Both the position numbers and the translations under genes were made by a program. This document shows, in pieces, positions 45,692 through 53,737 of a stretch of 57,617 nt of DNA. Each line of letters begins with the position of its first letter. Position 1 is the stretch's first letter. This DNA is from a virus: the IMG/VR virus record IMGVR_UViG_3300029192_000002; one strand, given 5' to 3'. The notes beneath the pieces were generated by a model. That model was not told the origin of the DNA. It saw only the letters and a list, made by a program, of their open reading frames with translations, and searched no databases.

Positions 45692-46324
45692 ATGAAAGTA
45701 GAAATTGAAGAAAGCAAGTTGCAAACAGCTTATGCAAACGCTTGTGACGGAGTTAAGGATTTTATGGAAAGCCTGTTTGGGAAAAAGGTGTTTGAGGCTG
45801 CAAAGCCCACGTTGGACGATTACAAGACTATCCGCACGTATGAGGATGCTTGTGAGGCATTGGGAGAAACGCCAATCCTTTCTGAAAACAGAAAAAAAGT
45901 TCTTTGTGCAAAGTTTCCAGACCACTACGATTTTCGGCAAAATATGCCTAATCACATAATAGCCCTTATGAAGTTGGAAACTATTAGCCGGGCTTTGTGG
46001 GGTAGAAATTTCCAACCAAAGCCGGATGGAGAGGGAAGCAAAGTATATTGGTATCCGTGGTTTGCCTTATGGACTAAGAAAGAGGTTGAGGATATGAATC
46101 CCGAACAAAGAGGTGCCCTTTTGTCTGCGAATGCGTTTTTTGGTGCGAGTGCGGGTTTCGGTTATCTGCATACGTATTATCGTTCCTCGTATGCGTCTGC
46201 GTACGGTGGGTTCCGCTTGTGCCAAGAAACGGAAGAAAAGGCTAAGTATTTCGGGCAGCAATTCATTGAACTTTGGGCTGAATATTTGAAATTCAACTTT
46301 TCCGTTGGAAATCGTTTGAAATAA
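45692..46324 (+). CDS. DGR variable protein 2 (210 aa, no signal peptide, in the early module)
   Basis: Residues ...GALLSANAFFGASAGFGYLHTYYRSSYASAYGGFRLCQ... are encoded by a second copy of the TR sequence in the same codon phase. They are followed by a 35-aa C-terminal tail. Confidence 0.85.
   Translation: MKVEIEESKLQTAYANACDGVKDFMESLFGKKVFEAAKPTLDDYKTIRTYEDACEALGETPILSENRKKVLCAKFPDHYDFRQNMPNHIIALMKLETISRALWGRNFQPKPDGEGSKVYWYPWFALWTKKEVEDMNPEQRGALLSANAFFGASAGFGYLHTYYRSSYASAYGGFRLCQETEEKAKYFGQQFIELWAEYLKFNFSVGNRLK
46112..46218 (+). repeat. DGR variable region 2 (VR2), remote from the RT/TR
   Basis: Aligns without gaps to TR 31530-31636. My hand count gives 14 mismatches, all at TR adenines. 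It shares the VR-type 3' junction CCGCTT-GTGCC with VR1; the TR has CCGCTT-TTACC. Confidence 0.9.
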
Positions 46325-46327
46325 AAG

Positions 46328-46344
46328 TGTGTTTGCTAAACATA
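46328..46344. promoter_or_regulatory. 17-bp palindromic site TGTGTTT-GCT-AAACATA
   Basis: Instance of the recurring motif in the 43-nt gap between the VR2 gene and 46368. Confidence 0.4.
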
Positions 46345-46367
46345 TTATTAACTAAAAACAAGGTGAA

Positions 46368-46802
46368 ATGAAAGACATTATGTTAGCCGATACCCCGGTG
46401 GAACAAAGGGCACAGATTCTACGTGATAGCTGCGACCAAATTGTAGAGCGTAGCTATACACGCAAATTCGACCAAGAAGAAATCAACGAAAGGAGGGCAG
46501 ACCTCGCTAACGTGGCGATTCAAAAGGCGGATTTGGAACAATCATTAGCGGAAATCAGAGCCGATTACAAAGGCAAAATCAAGCCTTTGGAAGAACGCAT
46601 AATTAAACTTCGTGACGAACTGAAAGCCGGGGGTGATTGGATTAAGGGCGACTGTTTCAAGTTTGTAGATGAGGATGAGAAAATGGTTGGCTTCTATAGC
46701 CCGGAGGGTTATTTGCTGGAACAACGCCCCATGACACAAGACGAAAGGCAACGTAACGTGTTCCGTGCTATCCGTTCGGATAAAACGGGTACTGACGATT
46801 AA
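46368..46802 (+). CDS. Hypothetical protein (144 aa)
   Basis: Co-oriented early ORF with a coiled-coil middle region. Confidence 0.55.
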   Translation: MKDIMLADTPVEQRAQILRDSCDQIVERSYTRKFDQEEINERRADLANVAIQKADLEQSLAEIRADYKGKIKPLEERIIKLRDELKAGGDWIKGDCFKFVDEDEKMVGFYSPEGYLLEQRPMTQDERQRNVFRAIRSDKTGTDD

Positions 46803-46827
46803 GTATTAATAATTAAAACATTTCAAA

Positions 46828-47586
46828 ATGGAAAATCAAGAAAAAGGATTAACCGTGAACATCGGTGAGTACAAGGGTGAAAAACCTATCGAAGTAGTGT
46901 ACAGGATTGGTAATGCTTCTAAGGCATTAGACGAATTGCCCATTAAGCAACCGGAAAGTATTTCTGTTTCAGGTGTCATCAGAACTCCGTTGGATTGGTT
47001 GGAAAAGCGTATTGACACCATCGACCAAAAGCGTGCGAATGTTAAGGTAAACCGTGAGAAAATGAGTATCACACTTACCGTGAATGAGGATGATTATTAC
47101 ACCAAAAATACTTTTGTAGGTACGGTGGAACTATCGGAAGTCTTTTCAAAATTCGGTATCAATGATGGAGAACGTGGCTGGAATCCGGCTAAATTGGGGC
47201 AGTTCTTGCGTTTGAATCGTGGTGTATTCATGCAAAAAGAAGATTGTATGAAACTCGTTTCAGTGTTAAAGAACTTCACGGCAAATGCCAAGACTGAAAT
47301 TCAGAAACAACGTGACCCGTCCGGTTCTATGGCTGAGGTGTACCGTTCACAGGTAGAAAGCAATTTGCCCAAGAGTTTCACGATTAATATTGCTATTTTC
47401 AAGGGAACTGCAAAAACACCTATTGAAGTTGAGTTTGACCACTATCTTTCTAATGGTGATGTGTTGTTGCAACTTGTTTCGCCCGGTGCTAACGAACTGG
47501 CAGAGGACTACAGAGATAAGTGTATTGATGAGGTGTTGGATGGTATTCGTGCCATTGCCCCGGACATTGCTATTCTTGAAATCTAA
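46828..47586 (+). CDS. Hypothetical protein (252 aa)
   Basis: Co-oriented early ORF followed by a GC-rich hairpin. Confidence 0.55.
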   Translation: MENQEKGLTVNIGEYKGEKPIEVVYRIGNASKALDELPIKQPESISVSGVIRTPLDWLEKRIDTIDQKRANVKVNREKMSITLTVNEDDYYTKNTFVGTVELSEVFSKFGINDGERGWNPAKLGQFLRLNRGVFMQKEDCMKLVSVLKNFTANAKTEIQKQRDPSGSMAEVYRSQVESNLPKSFTINIAIFKGTAKTPIEVEFDHYLSNGDVLLQLVSPGANELAEDYRDKCIDEVLDGIRAIAPDIAILEI

Positions 47587-47596
47587 ATACTATATC

Positions 47597-47616
47597 GTGG
47601 GGGAGCAATCCCCCAC
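47597..47616 (+). terminator. GC-rich hairpin after 46828..47586
   Basis: GTGGGGG-AGCAAT-CCCCCAC. The following T-tract is weak. Confidence 0.3.
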
Positions 47617-47633
47617 TTATAACAGCTCATAAT

Positions 47634-48449
47634 ATGGCTAATAAGAAAATCATACCGCCTATGCCTTTCGATGCTACCGCTTGGTTATCCAACAATGCGG
47701 CTATGAGGTTGTCATTCGCTTGTAAGGGTTTGTGGCTGGATATGCTTTGCTGTATGTGGGTGAGTATAGAGCGTGGGGTTATGCTGAAACCTATTGGCGG
47801 TGCATACACGGTTGATGAATTGGAAGCCCTTTACGGAAGTGGAACAAAGGAGCTGATAGAATCATTGATTAACGCTGAATTATTGTCTGTAAGACATGAT
47901 GGGGCTTTGTACAACGCTGATATGGTTAAGATGGAATCAATACGGATAAAACGGTCTGAGGCTGGGAAAAAAGGTGGTGTAACGATGGGAAAACGGATAT
48001 TAGCCAAAGTTGATGCGCTTGTGGAAACGCCACCGATAGAAACGCCACATACACCGTCCCCAACGGCTGAAACGCAACAAGGGGCGCAAGCAGACCTATT
48101 CCCCGATGATTTGCCGGAGAATCCACCGCCACTGACTGATGAACAACAGCGGAAGATTAAAAAAGCCAAGAAGTACAATTATGCTGATTACGTTACTTTG
48201 ACACGTGATGAATATGCAAAATTATGTACCGAATATGGCGAAGAAGCCGCTAAAGCGATGATTGATATTCTCAACAATTACAAAGGTTCTAAGGGTAAGA
48301 AGTATAAATCCGATTACCTGACTATTAGGGGCTGGGTAAAAGATAAGTATTACGAAAATATGAATAGATATGGACAACAAACTGGTACAACGGCTGCAAC
48401 AGATATTGGCAAACCAAGCGCAAAGAGGACTTTTAGGGACACGCTTTAA
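47634..48449 (+). CDS. Replication-associated protein (DUF1376/YdaU-like N-terminus)
   Basis: MPFDATAWLSNNAAMRLSFACKGLWLDMLCCMW resembles the DUF1376 opening block. It sits directly upstream of a DnaC-like loader. Confidence 0.45.
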   Translation: MANKKIIPPMPFDATAWLSNNAAMRLSFACKGLWLDMLCCMWVSIERGVMLKPIGGAYTVDELEALYGSGTKELIESLINAELLSVRHDGALYNADMVKMESIRIKRSEAGKKGGVTMGKRILAKVDALVETPPIETPHTPSPTAETQQGAQADLFPDDLPENPPPLTDEQQRKIKKAKKYNYADYVTLTRDEYAKLCTEYGEEAAKAMIDILNNYKGSKGKKYKSDYLTIRGWVKDKYYENMNRYGQQTGTTAATDIGKPSAKRTFRDTL

Positions 48450-49029
48450 GATTGAGAAGTTTCCCGAACAGGACATAGCGGAAATGCTAAGGATGTGTTA
48501 TCAGTCAGAAGTTGAGCGCAGAAACATGAAGTATGTTTCGGATGAAGCCACGTTGGAAAAGATAGGCAAAGCGGCTAAGTTCCTTTGCGGAAACGGAAAG
48601 TTCGGCTTGCTTCTGTATGGTACGGTAGGGAGTGGTAAAACCACGCTTGCAAAGGCGATATGCAACATTATAGGTATCTTGTACAATAGTGATTTATCTT
48701 CCGAAAGAAAGGGAGTGTACCGCATATCAGCTCTGAACCTTGCCAAGTCAATAGCCGATGACCCGACTTATTTCAACAAGCTAAAGAATCAAGAACTTTT
48801 GTTTATTGATGATGTGGGCACTGAACCAGCAAGCGTGAAAAGTTGGGGCAACGAGTTTTCACCGGTTACTGAATTAATCTATGCCCGATATGACAGGCAG
48901 CTATTCACTATAGCCACTTCCAATTTGGCAGATGAGGAATTTGGCGACAGATACGGAGAGCGTATTGCTGATAGGATGGAAGAAATGTTTGAACGGCTGC
49001 ACTACAGTCAAAAAAGCTATCGGAAATGA
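48370..49029 (+). CDS. DnaC/IstB-like AAA+ helicase loader
   Basis: Walker A LLLYGTVGSGKTT and Walker B LLFIDDVG. The start may lie downstream of 48370, which overlaps the previous gene by 80 nt. Confidence 0.75.
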   Translation: MDNKLVQRLQQILANQAQRGLLGTRFKIEKFPEQDIAEMLRMCYQSEVERRNMKYVSDEATLEKIGKAAKFLCGNGKFGLLLYGTVGSGKTTLAKAICNIIGILYNSDLSSERKGVYRISALNLAKSIADDPTYFNKLKNQELLFIDDVGTEPASVKSWGNEFSPVTELIYARYDRQLFTIATSNLADEEFGDRYGERIADRMEEMFERLHYSQKSYRK

Positions 49030-49289
49030 GATTTGCGCTCAGAAACAAAACAAAGCTCATTAATGCTTTCGGTGAAGCGTATTACAACGAACTTATTGCA
49101 AGCATTAATAGCTTTCAATCTAACTACACGCCCGATTGCCATTATTGGAACGAGGCGATACAAAAAGAAATGCTGGATATGCCAAGTAGTACCCACCCGG
49201 ATAAGACATTTTCGTTTGCCATTGTGAGCGAAATGTGGGATGTGATAACGCTTGCTTATTATTCAGCAAGTAATACACCAAGTAAATAA
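49026..49289 (+). CDS. Hypothetical protein (87 aa)
   Basis: ATGA overlap with the upstream gene. Confidence 0.5.
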   Translation: MRFALRNKTKLINAFGEAYYNELIASINSFQSNYTPDCHYWNEAIQKEMLDMPSSTHPDKTFSFAIVSEMWDVITLAYYSASNTPSK

Positions 49290-49296
49290 TAAAACT

Positions 49297-49767
49297 ATGC
49301 AACACCAAAAATCAGAAAAGAAAAAAGTGGTTGTGACCTTATGCCGTGCATTCCCAGTTACACATTCTTTGGCTGGAAAGCCTACAGAGTTTGAGGGTAA
49401 ACTAAAAGAGCATAAGAAGATACATACTATACGCTACAATAAAAATGGCGTGTGGGATAAGAGATATAAAGATATAGCATCCGGCAAAAAATATCTTTCA
49501 GTGCGTGAATGGACGGGAAGACCGTACAACTCAGAGCAACGGGAATTTGCCCGGTATGAGAAGATAGGTTTACAGCATATTACTATGACCTATGGAAGCG
49601 ATGATACCGTACCCCAAGTATGGATTGACAATAAGAAAGTCCCCGTTGAAGTTGTGGCAAAGAATGACGGTTTGAGCGTTGAAAACTTTGTAGAGTGGTT
49701 CTTTGGCAACTCCAAAAGTAATGTATTTGAGGGTGTGGTAGTGCATTTTACTTCATTCAAATATTGA
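49297..49767 (+). CDS. Hypothetical protein (156 aa)
   Basis: Track ORF trimmed to the ATG at 49297 (MQHQKSEKKK...), which removes the overlap with 49026..49289. Confidence 0.5.
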   Translation: MQHQKSEKKKVVVTLCRAFPVTHSLAGKPTEFEGKLKEHKKIHTIRYNKNGVWDKRYKDIASGKKYLSVREWTGRPYNSEQREFARYEKIGLQHITMTYGSDDTVPQVWIDNKKVPVEVVAKNDGLSVENFVEWFFGNSKSNVFEGVVVHFTSFKY

Positions 49768-49771
49768 TAGT

Positions 49772-50587
49772 ATGGAAACGAATAAAACAAAGAATACAGA
49801 CCTATTTTTGATTGACCCCCGTAATATCGTGGTTGTGGACGGTTTCAATGTAAGACGTGATTTTGACCTTGACGAACTGAAAGAGCAAATAAAGGCAAAA
49901 GGTGTCTTAAATCCTCTGACGGTTATAGCCTTTAAAGATGATGAGGGTAACGAGAAATACAAATTGGTGGATGGTGAACGCAGATATAGGGCTACCATGT
50001 TGGCTATATCCGAGGGTGCGGATATTCCTTATGTTCGTGCCATGAAAGCCCGAAAGGACGCTTCTACTGAAGAATTGTATATTCAACAGATGATGCGTAA
50101 CGAGGGTAAGAAATTTACCGAATACGAGTGCGCTATCATGTTCAGACGTTTCAAAGAAGAGTTTGGATATAGCCAAGTTGAGATAGCGGATAAGTTCAAG
50201 AAAAGCCCGGCTTTCATAAGCAAATGCCTTTCCTTACTGGATTTGCCCCCGTATATTCAAGAAAGGATTATGAAAGGGGAATTGTCGGTTAAGGCAGCTA
50301 AGGAGATTGCCGCCAATTATGGTAGTGAGAAAGAACAGGTAAAGGCTGCAAAGTCGGCTGTGGATAACGCCAAAGAAAACGGTAGGGCTACAGCTACCAA
50401 TAAGGAGGTTCTTAATTCTCTGAAAGATTCCAAAGAAGCAAAAGCCATTGCGGAAGCTCTGAGAAAAGTTTGGGCTTATTTGGATGGTGAGGTTATCGTG
50501 GACGTGGATAAGCTGGCAAAGCTGCTGGATAGGACGGAAAGCCTTAGCCAAGCGATGAGGGAATACAAGAAAGGAGGTGCAAAATGA
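49772..50587 (+). CDS. ParB-like nuclease/partition-domain protein
   Basis: N-terminal ParB box (LIDPRNIVVVDGFNVRRDF ... KLVDGERRYRA) followed by an HTH-like segment (YSQVEIADKFKKSPAFISKCL). Confidence 0.75.
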   Translation: METNKTKNTDLFLIDPRNIVVVDGFNVRRDFDLDELKEQIKAKGVLNPLTVIAFKDDEGNEKYKLVDGERRYRATMLAISEGADIPYVRAMKARKDASTEELYIQQMMRNEGKKFTEYECAIMFRRFKEEFGYSQVEIADKFKKSPAFISKCLSLLDLPPYIQERIMKGELSVKAAKEIAANYGSEKEQVKAAKSAVDNAKENGRATATNKEVLNSLKDSKEAKAIAEALRKVWAYLDGEVIVDVDKLAKLLDRTESLSQAMREYKKGGAK

Positions 50588-50745
50588 AACTAAGGAAAGC
50601 AAAGAAGCAAATACCTGCGGACTTTCGCCAAAAGATGTATGAAAGCTATAAAGCCAATATGATTTTCTACGGCAAACCGATAAGTCCATATAAACAATGG
50701 CTAAAAGATGTGTTTAATACCAAATGTCCGTGTCATGGTAGATAG
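50584..50745 (+). CDS. Possible small basic protein (53 aa, below the ORF-track cutoff)
   Basis: ATGA overlap with the parB-like stop. My translation is MKLRKAKKQIPADFRQKMYESYKANMIFYGKPISPYKQWLKDVFNTKCPCHGR. Confidence 0.3.
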   Translation: MKLRKAKKQIPADFRQKMYESYKANMIFYGKPISPYKQWLKDVFNTKCPCHGR

Positions 50746-50923
50746 AGAGGCTCTAAAAGAAGATATGGGCGATGTTCTTTGTGGGTGTTGTCCGTGGCGT
50801 AAGGGCGAAATAGAGCATACGACAGATAGTCTATGTGAGGGTGTATATTGCGATGAGGCTTTGGATGCTTTTTTAGACGAAAACGAAGAATATTTAGATG
50901 AGGATGAAAACGTTGATGATTGA
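50735..50923 (+). CDS. Hypothetical acidic Cys-rich protein
   Basis: Track ORF trimmed to the ATG at 50735 (MVDREALKED...). Contains a CGCCPW...CEGVYC pattern. Confidence 0.4.
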   Translation: MVDREALKEDMGDVLCGCCPWRKGEIEHTTDSLCEGVYCDEALDAFLDENEEYLDEDENVDD

Positions 50924-51080
50924 TATAATGCTGAATGACCGTTTTTATGCGGCTTTCAGATATAAGTATTGTCCGGCTTTCAAATTCGACATTGAGGATA
51001 TGGCTAACAAGGTTTATGAGCGATACCCCACCTTGCGAAAAAGGGCTATGAATGGCGAAAAAGTAGTATTTGCATTTTAA
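50898..51080 (+). CDS. Hypothetical protein (60 aa)
   Basis: Co-oriented ORF filling the gap before the radical SAM gene. Confidence 0.4.
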   Translation: MRMKTLMIDIMLNDRFYAAFRYKYCPAFKFDIEDMANKVYERYPTLRKRAMNGEKVVFAF

Positions 51081-51092
51081 TGATTTGAAAAT

Positions 51093-52100
51093 ATGAAAAT
51101 TAAAAAGAAGATAGTAGTACCTACAGGCGAAATATATACCGCTATGGGTGAAAAGGGACTGTTGGAGTTCCTTACGGTTGGAGATTATGGCAAGAACGCT
51201 AATATCAAAGCGGACTTCTTGGGGATTACCCGTGATTTGAACGGTGTACCCAATGGCGAGCCAATGCCTCTTACTGAAAAATGGGTGATTACCATTTCCA
51301 CACAGTACGGTTGTTCTATGGGCTGCAAGTTCTGCGATGTTCCCAAAGTGGGTATTGGGAGAAATGCCACTTTTAATGATTTGAAAGAAGAAGCATTAAC
51401 GGCTATCAAGCAACACCCGGAAGTGAAGCACACGAAACGCCTAAACATCCATTATGCACGTATGGGAGAGCCTACATGGAACGCAAATGTACTACTTCAT
51501 GCAATCTGTATAAAGAAAGACATAGAGCCGTTTATAGGCGATTCTTTGGTACACCCGGTTATAAGCACAATGTTGCCAAAGAGAAATAAGAAGCTGGTTG
51601 AGTTCTTGCATAAGTGGTGTTACATAAAGAACGAGTTTTATAAGGGTGATGCCGGACTTCAATTCTCCATCAATACAACGAATGATGAAGAAAGAAATTA
51701 TCTGTTTTCTGGAAGTTCGCTTTCACTTGGTGAAGTTTCAGAAATTGGGAAGTCGCTGCCTATGCCTGTTGGCAGAAAATACGCTTTAAACTTTGCTTTG
51801 GCAGATGATACACATATAGACGGAAAGCGTTTGAGAGAGCTTTTCAACCCCGATAAATTTATGTGTAAGATTACCCCATTGCACCGGACAAATAGCTGTG
51901 ATGAGAACGATTTGCATACAAGCGGAGGCTATGAGCTGTTTACCCCATACAAAGCCGTGGAGGAAGATTTAAAAGACAACGGATTCGATGTTATTGTGTT
52001 TGTTCCCTCTTATGATGAAGATAACGGGCTTATCACGTGTGGGAACGCTATCCTATCCGGGAAAGTTCCTACTTCAAGTTATCAAGAAACAACATATTAA
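51093..52100 (+). CDS. Radical SAM enzyme, RlmN/Cfr-like
   Basis: CxxxCxxC cluster motif in the context ISTQYGCSMGCKFCDVPKVGIGRNATFNDL (compare RlmN VSSQVGCALECKFC...GFNRNL). Also ARMGEP, LQFSINTT, CKITPLH and the C-terminal ITCGNA (compare RlmN AACGQL). Confidence 0.82.
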   Translation: MKIKKKIVVPTGEIYTAMGEKGLLEFLTVGDYGKNANIKADFLGITRDLNGVPNGEPMPLTEKWVITISTQYGCSMGCKFCDVPKVGIGRNATFNDLKEEALTAIKQHPEVKHTKRLNIHYARMGEPTWNANVLLHAICIKKDIEPFIGDSLVHPVISTMLPKRNKKLVEFLHKWCYIKNEFYKGDAGLQFSINTTNDEERNYLFSGSSLSLGEVSEIGKSLPMPVGRKYALNFALADDTHIDGKRLRELFNPDKFMCKITPLHRTNSCDENDLHTSGGYELFTPYKAVEEDLKDNGFDVIVFVPSYDEDNGLITCGNAILSGKVPTSSYQETTY

Positions 52101-52101
52101 T

Positions 52102-52362
52102 ATGGCTAAGATTGTAGATAATCCGAAAGGGTTTAAAGTAGTAGAAGCAAGCAGAATGGAGTTGGCTTGTAAATTGGGTGGCTTTGGCATTTGCGATAAT
52201 TGCAATATGGCTTCTAATATTGGTTACTATGTAGCTGTATTGAACCGATGGTTTTGCCCAAAATGCTATAATGAGTGGTACGAATACGCTACTCATTACC
52301 CGGAAGATGCGAGAATTGAAAATAAGAATTTTGAACACTTTAAAATAATGATGGATATATGA
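52102..52362 (+). CDS. Hypothetical zinc-binding protein (86 aa)
   Basis: Track ORF trimmed to the ATG at 52102, 1 nt after the radical SAM stop. Contains CDNC...CPKC. Confidence 0.5.
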   Translation: MAKIVDNPKGFKVVEASRMELACKLGGFGICDNCNMASNIGYYVAVLNRWFCPKCYNEWYEYATHYPEDARIENKNFEHFKIMMDI

Positions 52363-52775
52363 ATAAAGAAGAATTACAAGCAAAGCTGGCGAAAGCCAAC
52401 GCAGAGAACAAAGGCATGGTGGTTTATCCCGAATACTTCAAGAAGAAAAAGAAGCGTATGCGCCCCGACTTCATAATAAAGCTGGAAGAAACTGCAAAAG
52501 CGGATTTTACCGATGTGGATGATTACGGTGTGTATAAAGTTGGTTCTTTCCTCTATAAGAATGCCTTTGTAACCATATCTAAAGAGGATGGGCTATGGAC
52601 GTTGCACGTGATAAGTGAAGCCCCGATAGGGTTGCCGCTCATTAAAGAAGTGAGGTACAAGTATCTGCCTAATAACCTTATGATGGCTCAGATTTTCGGG
52701 GATAGAGCCGAAGCAAACGAGATTAAGGGCGTTATTCTGTATCAGATTCCCAATGGAGAAATGGAGGCTGAATAA
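52359..52775 (+). CDS. Hypothetical protein (138 aa)
   Basis: ATGA overlap with the upstream gene. Confidence 0.55.
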   Translation: MNKEELQAKLAKANAENKGMVVYPEYFKKKKKRMRPDFIIKLEETAKADFTDVDDYGVYKVGSFLYKNAFVTISKEDGLWTLHVISEAPIGLPLIKEVRYKYLPNNLMMAQIFGDRAEANEIKGVILYQIPNGEMEAE

Positions 52776-53215
52776 TGATTTATGTAGGGATTGATACGGG
52801 TGTAAATACCGGGTTCGCTGTTTGGGATAGCAAGCAGCGTTCCCTACTTCAAGTATGCTCTTTGCCTATACATAAAGCGATGGAGCGTGTACGTTCCTTG
52901 TACAATGAGTATAAGGCTGGTGTAGGTGACAAAGTGATTGTAAGGGTGGAAGACCCCCGGCAAAGAACATGGTTCGGAACGGAGCGTATGAGCCGTGAAA
53001 TGGAACGTAAGAAGTTGCAAGGTGTAGGCTCTGTGAAACGGGATGCCTCTATATGGGATGATTATCTGAGAGAGTTGGGCGTGGAGTATGAAATGGTTGC
53101 CCCGAAACGCAATGTAACCAAGCTGACACAAGAACGGTTTAAGGCTCTGACTGGATGGCAAAAACAGACAAATGAGCATGGACGTGATGGTGCAATGTTG
53201 GTTTATGGCTTTTAG
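52775..53215 (+). CDS. RuvC-like Holliday junction resolvase candidate
   Basis: The N-terminus MIYVGIDTGVNTGFAVWD matches the first RNase H-fold strand and catalytic Asp pattern of RuvC-type resolvases. By eye only. Confidence 0.45.
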   Translation: MIYVGIDTGVNTGFAVWDSKQRSLLQVCSLPIHKAMERVRSLYNEYKAGVGDKVIVRVEDPRQRTWFGTERMSREMERKKLQGVGSVKRDASIWDDYLRELGVEYEMVAPKRNVTKLTQERFKALTGWQKQTNEHGRDGAMLVYGF

Positions 53216-53231
53216 TATTCTTTTTATGGTT

Positions 53232-53268
53232 AAATATGTGTTTATTAAACACATATTTAGTATATTTG
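53232..53268 (+). promoter_or_regulatory. Perfect 27-bp palindrome (core TGTGTTT-ATT-AAACACA) plus -7 box TATATTTG
   Basis: AAATATGTGTTTA-T-TAAACACATATTT at 53232-53258 has perfect 13-bp arms. The TAnnTTTG box lies at 53261-53268, just before 53273. Confidence 0.55.
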
Positions 53269-53272
53269 CAAT

Positions 53273-53737
53273 ATGATTCACCAAGTAAATGATAAAGCTA
53301 TGGGTATGTATATTTTTATCGGATTAACGCTGTTTTTTTTAGCCTTGTTGCTCATGTCTGAGTATATAGGTAGGAACTTTTGGAGGTTTGCCCCAAAAGA
53401 GCATTTGAAGCAAGGGGAAAAGATACACGTTTATGTCAATGGCAAATACGATAGGCACGCAACCATTACGAGTGTGTCCGATGATTCAGTTAGTATCTAT
53501 GGTGCGGTGGCATTGCCCGTTGATTACCGGGGTTCTTTCTATGCCATTGGCAAAGATTCCGTAGGTGCAAAGCTGGTATATGTGAAGTATCGCAGGCGTT
53601 ACCGCTTTGTGAAGCTCTGTGAGCTTCTTAGAAAGGGCTTCTGTGTAGAAGATGATGAGGAACAATTAATGCCGGATTCCCATTCTTCGGAGAATGCCGA
53701 AACCAAAGACGAAACGGAGGTTGAGGATGAAATGTAG
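53273..53737 (+). CDS. Membrane-anchored hypothetical protein (154 aa; start may be 53300 or 53306)
   Basis: N-terminal TM segment (MYIFIGLTLFFLALLLMSEYI). ATG 53273 lies only 5 nt from the -7 box, so an internal Met may be the real start. Confidence 0.45.
   Translation: MIHQVNDKAMGMYIFIGLTLFFLALLLMSEYIGRNFWRFAPKEHLKQGEKIHVYVNGKYDRHATITSVSDDSVSIYGAVALPVDYRGSFYAIGKDSVGAKLVYVKYRRRYRFVKLCELLRKGFCVEDDEEQLMPDSHSSENAETKDETEVEDEM

Noticed and set aside
45544-45708. A 54-aa basic, helical ORF (MKRIPNSVVSELIRLVPILIANIPPGQSTRVDNAIRLTKKIINKLKTLKDESRN) overlapping the NinB-like stop and the VR2-gene start.
   Set aside because: It is too short and overlaps two better-supported genes, with no motif support. 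It is mentioned only as a long-shot accessory-factor candidate.
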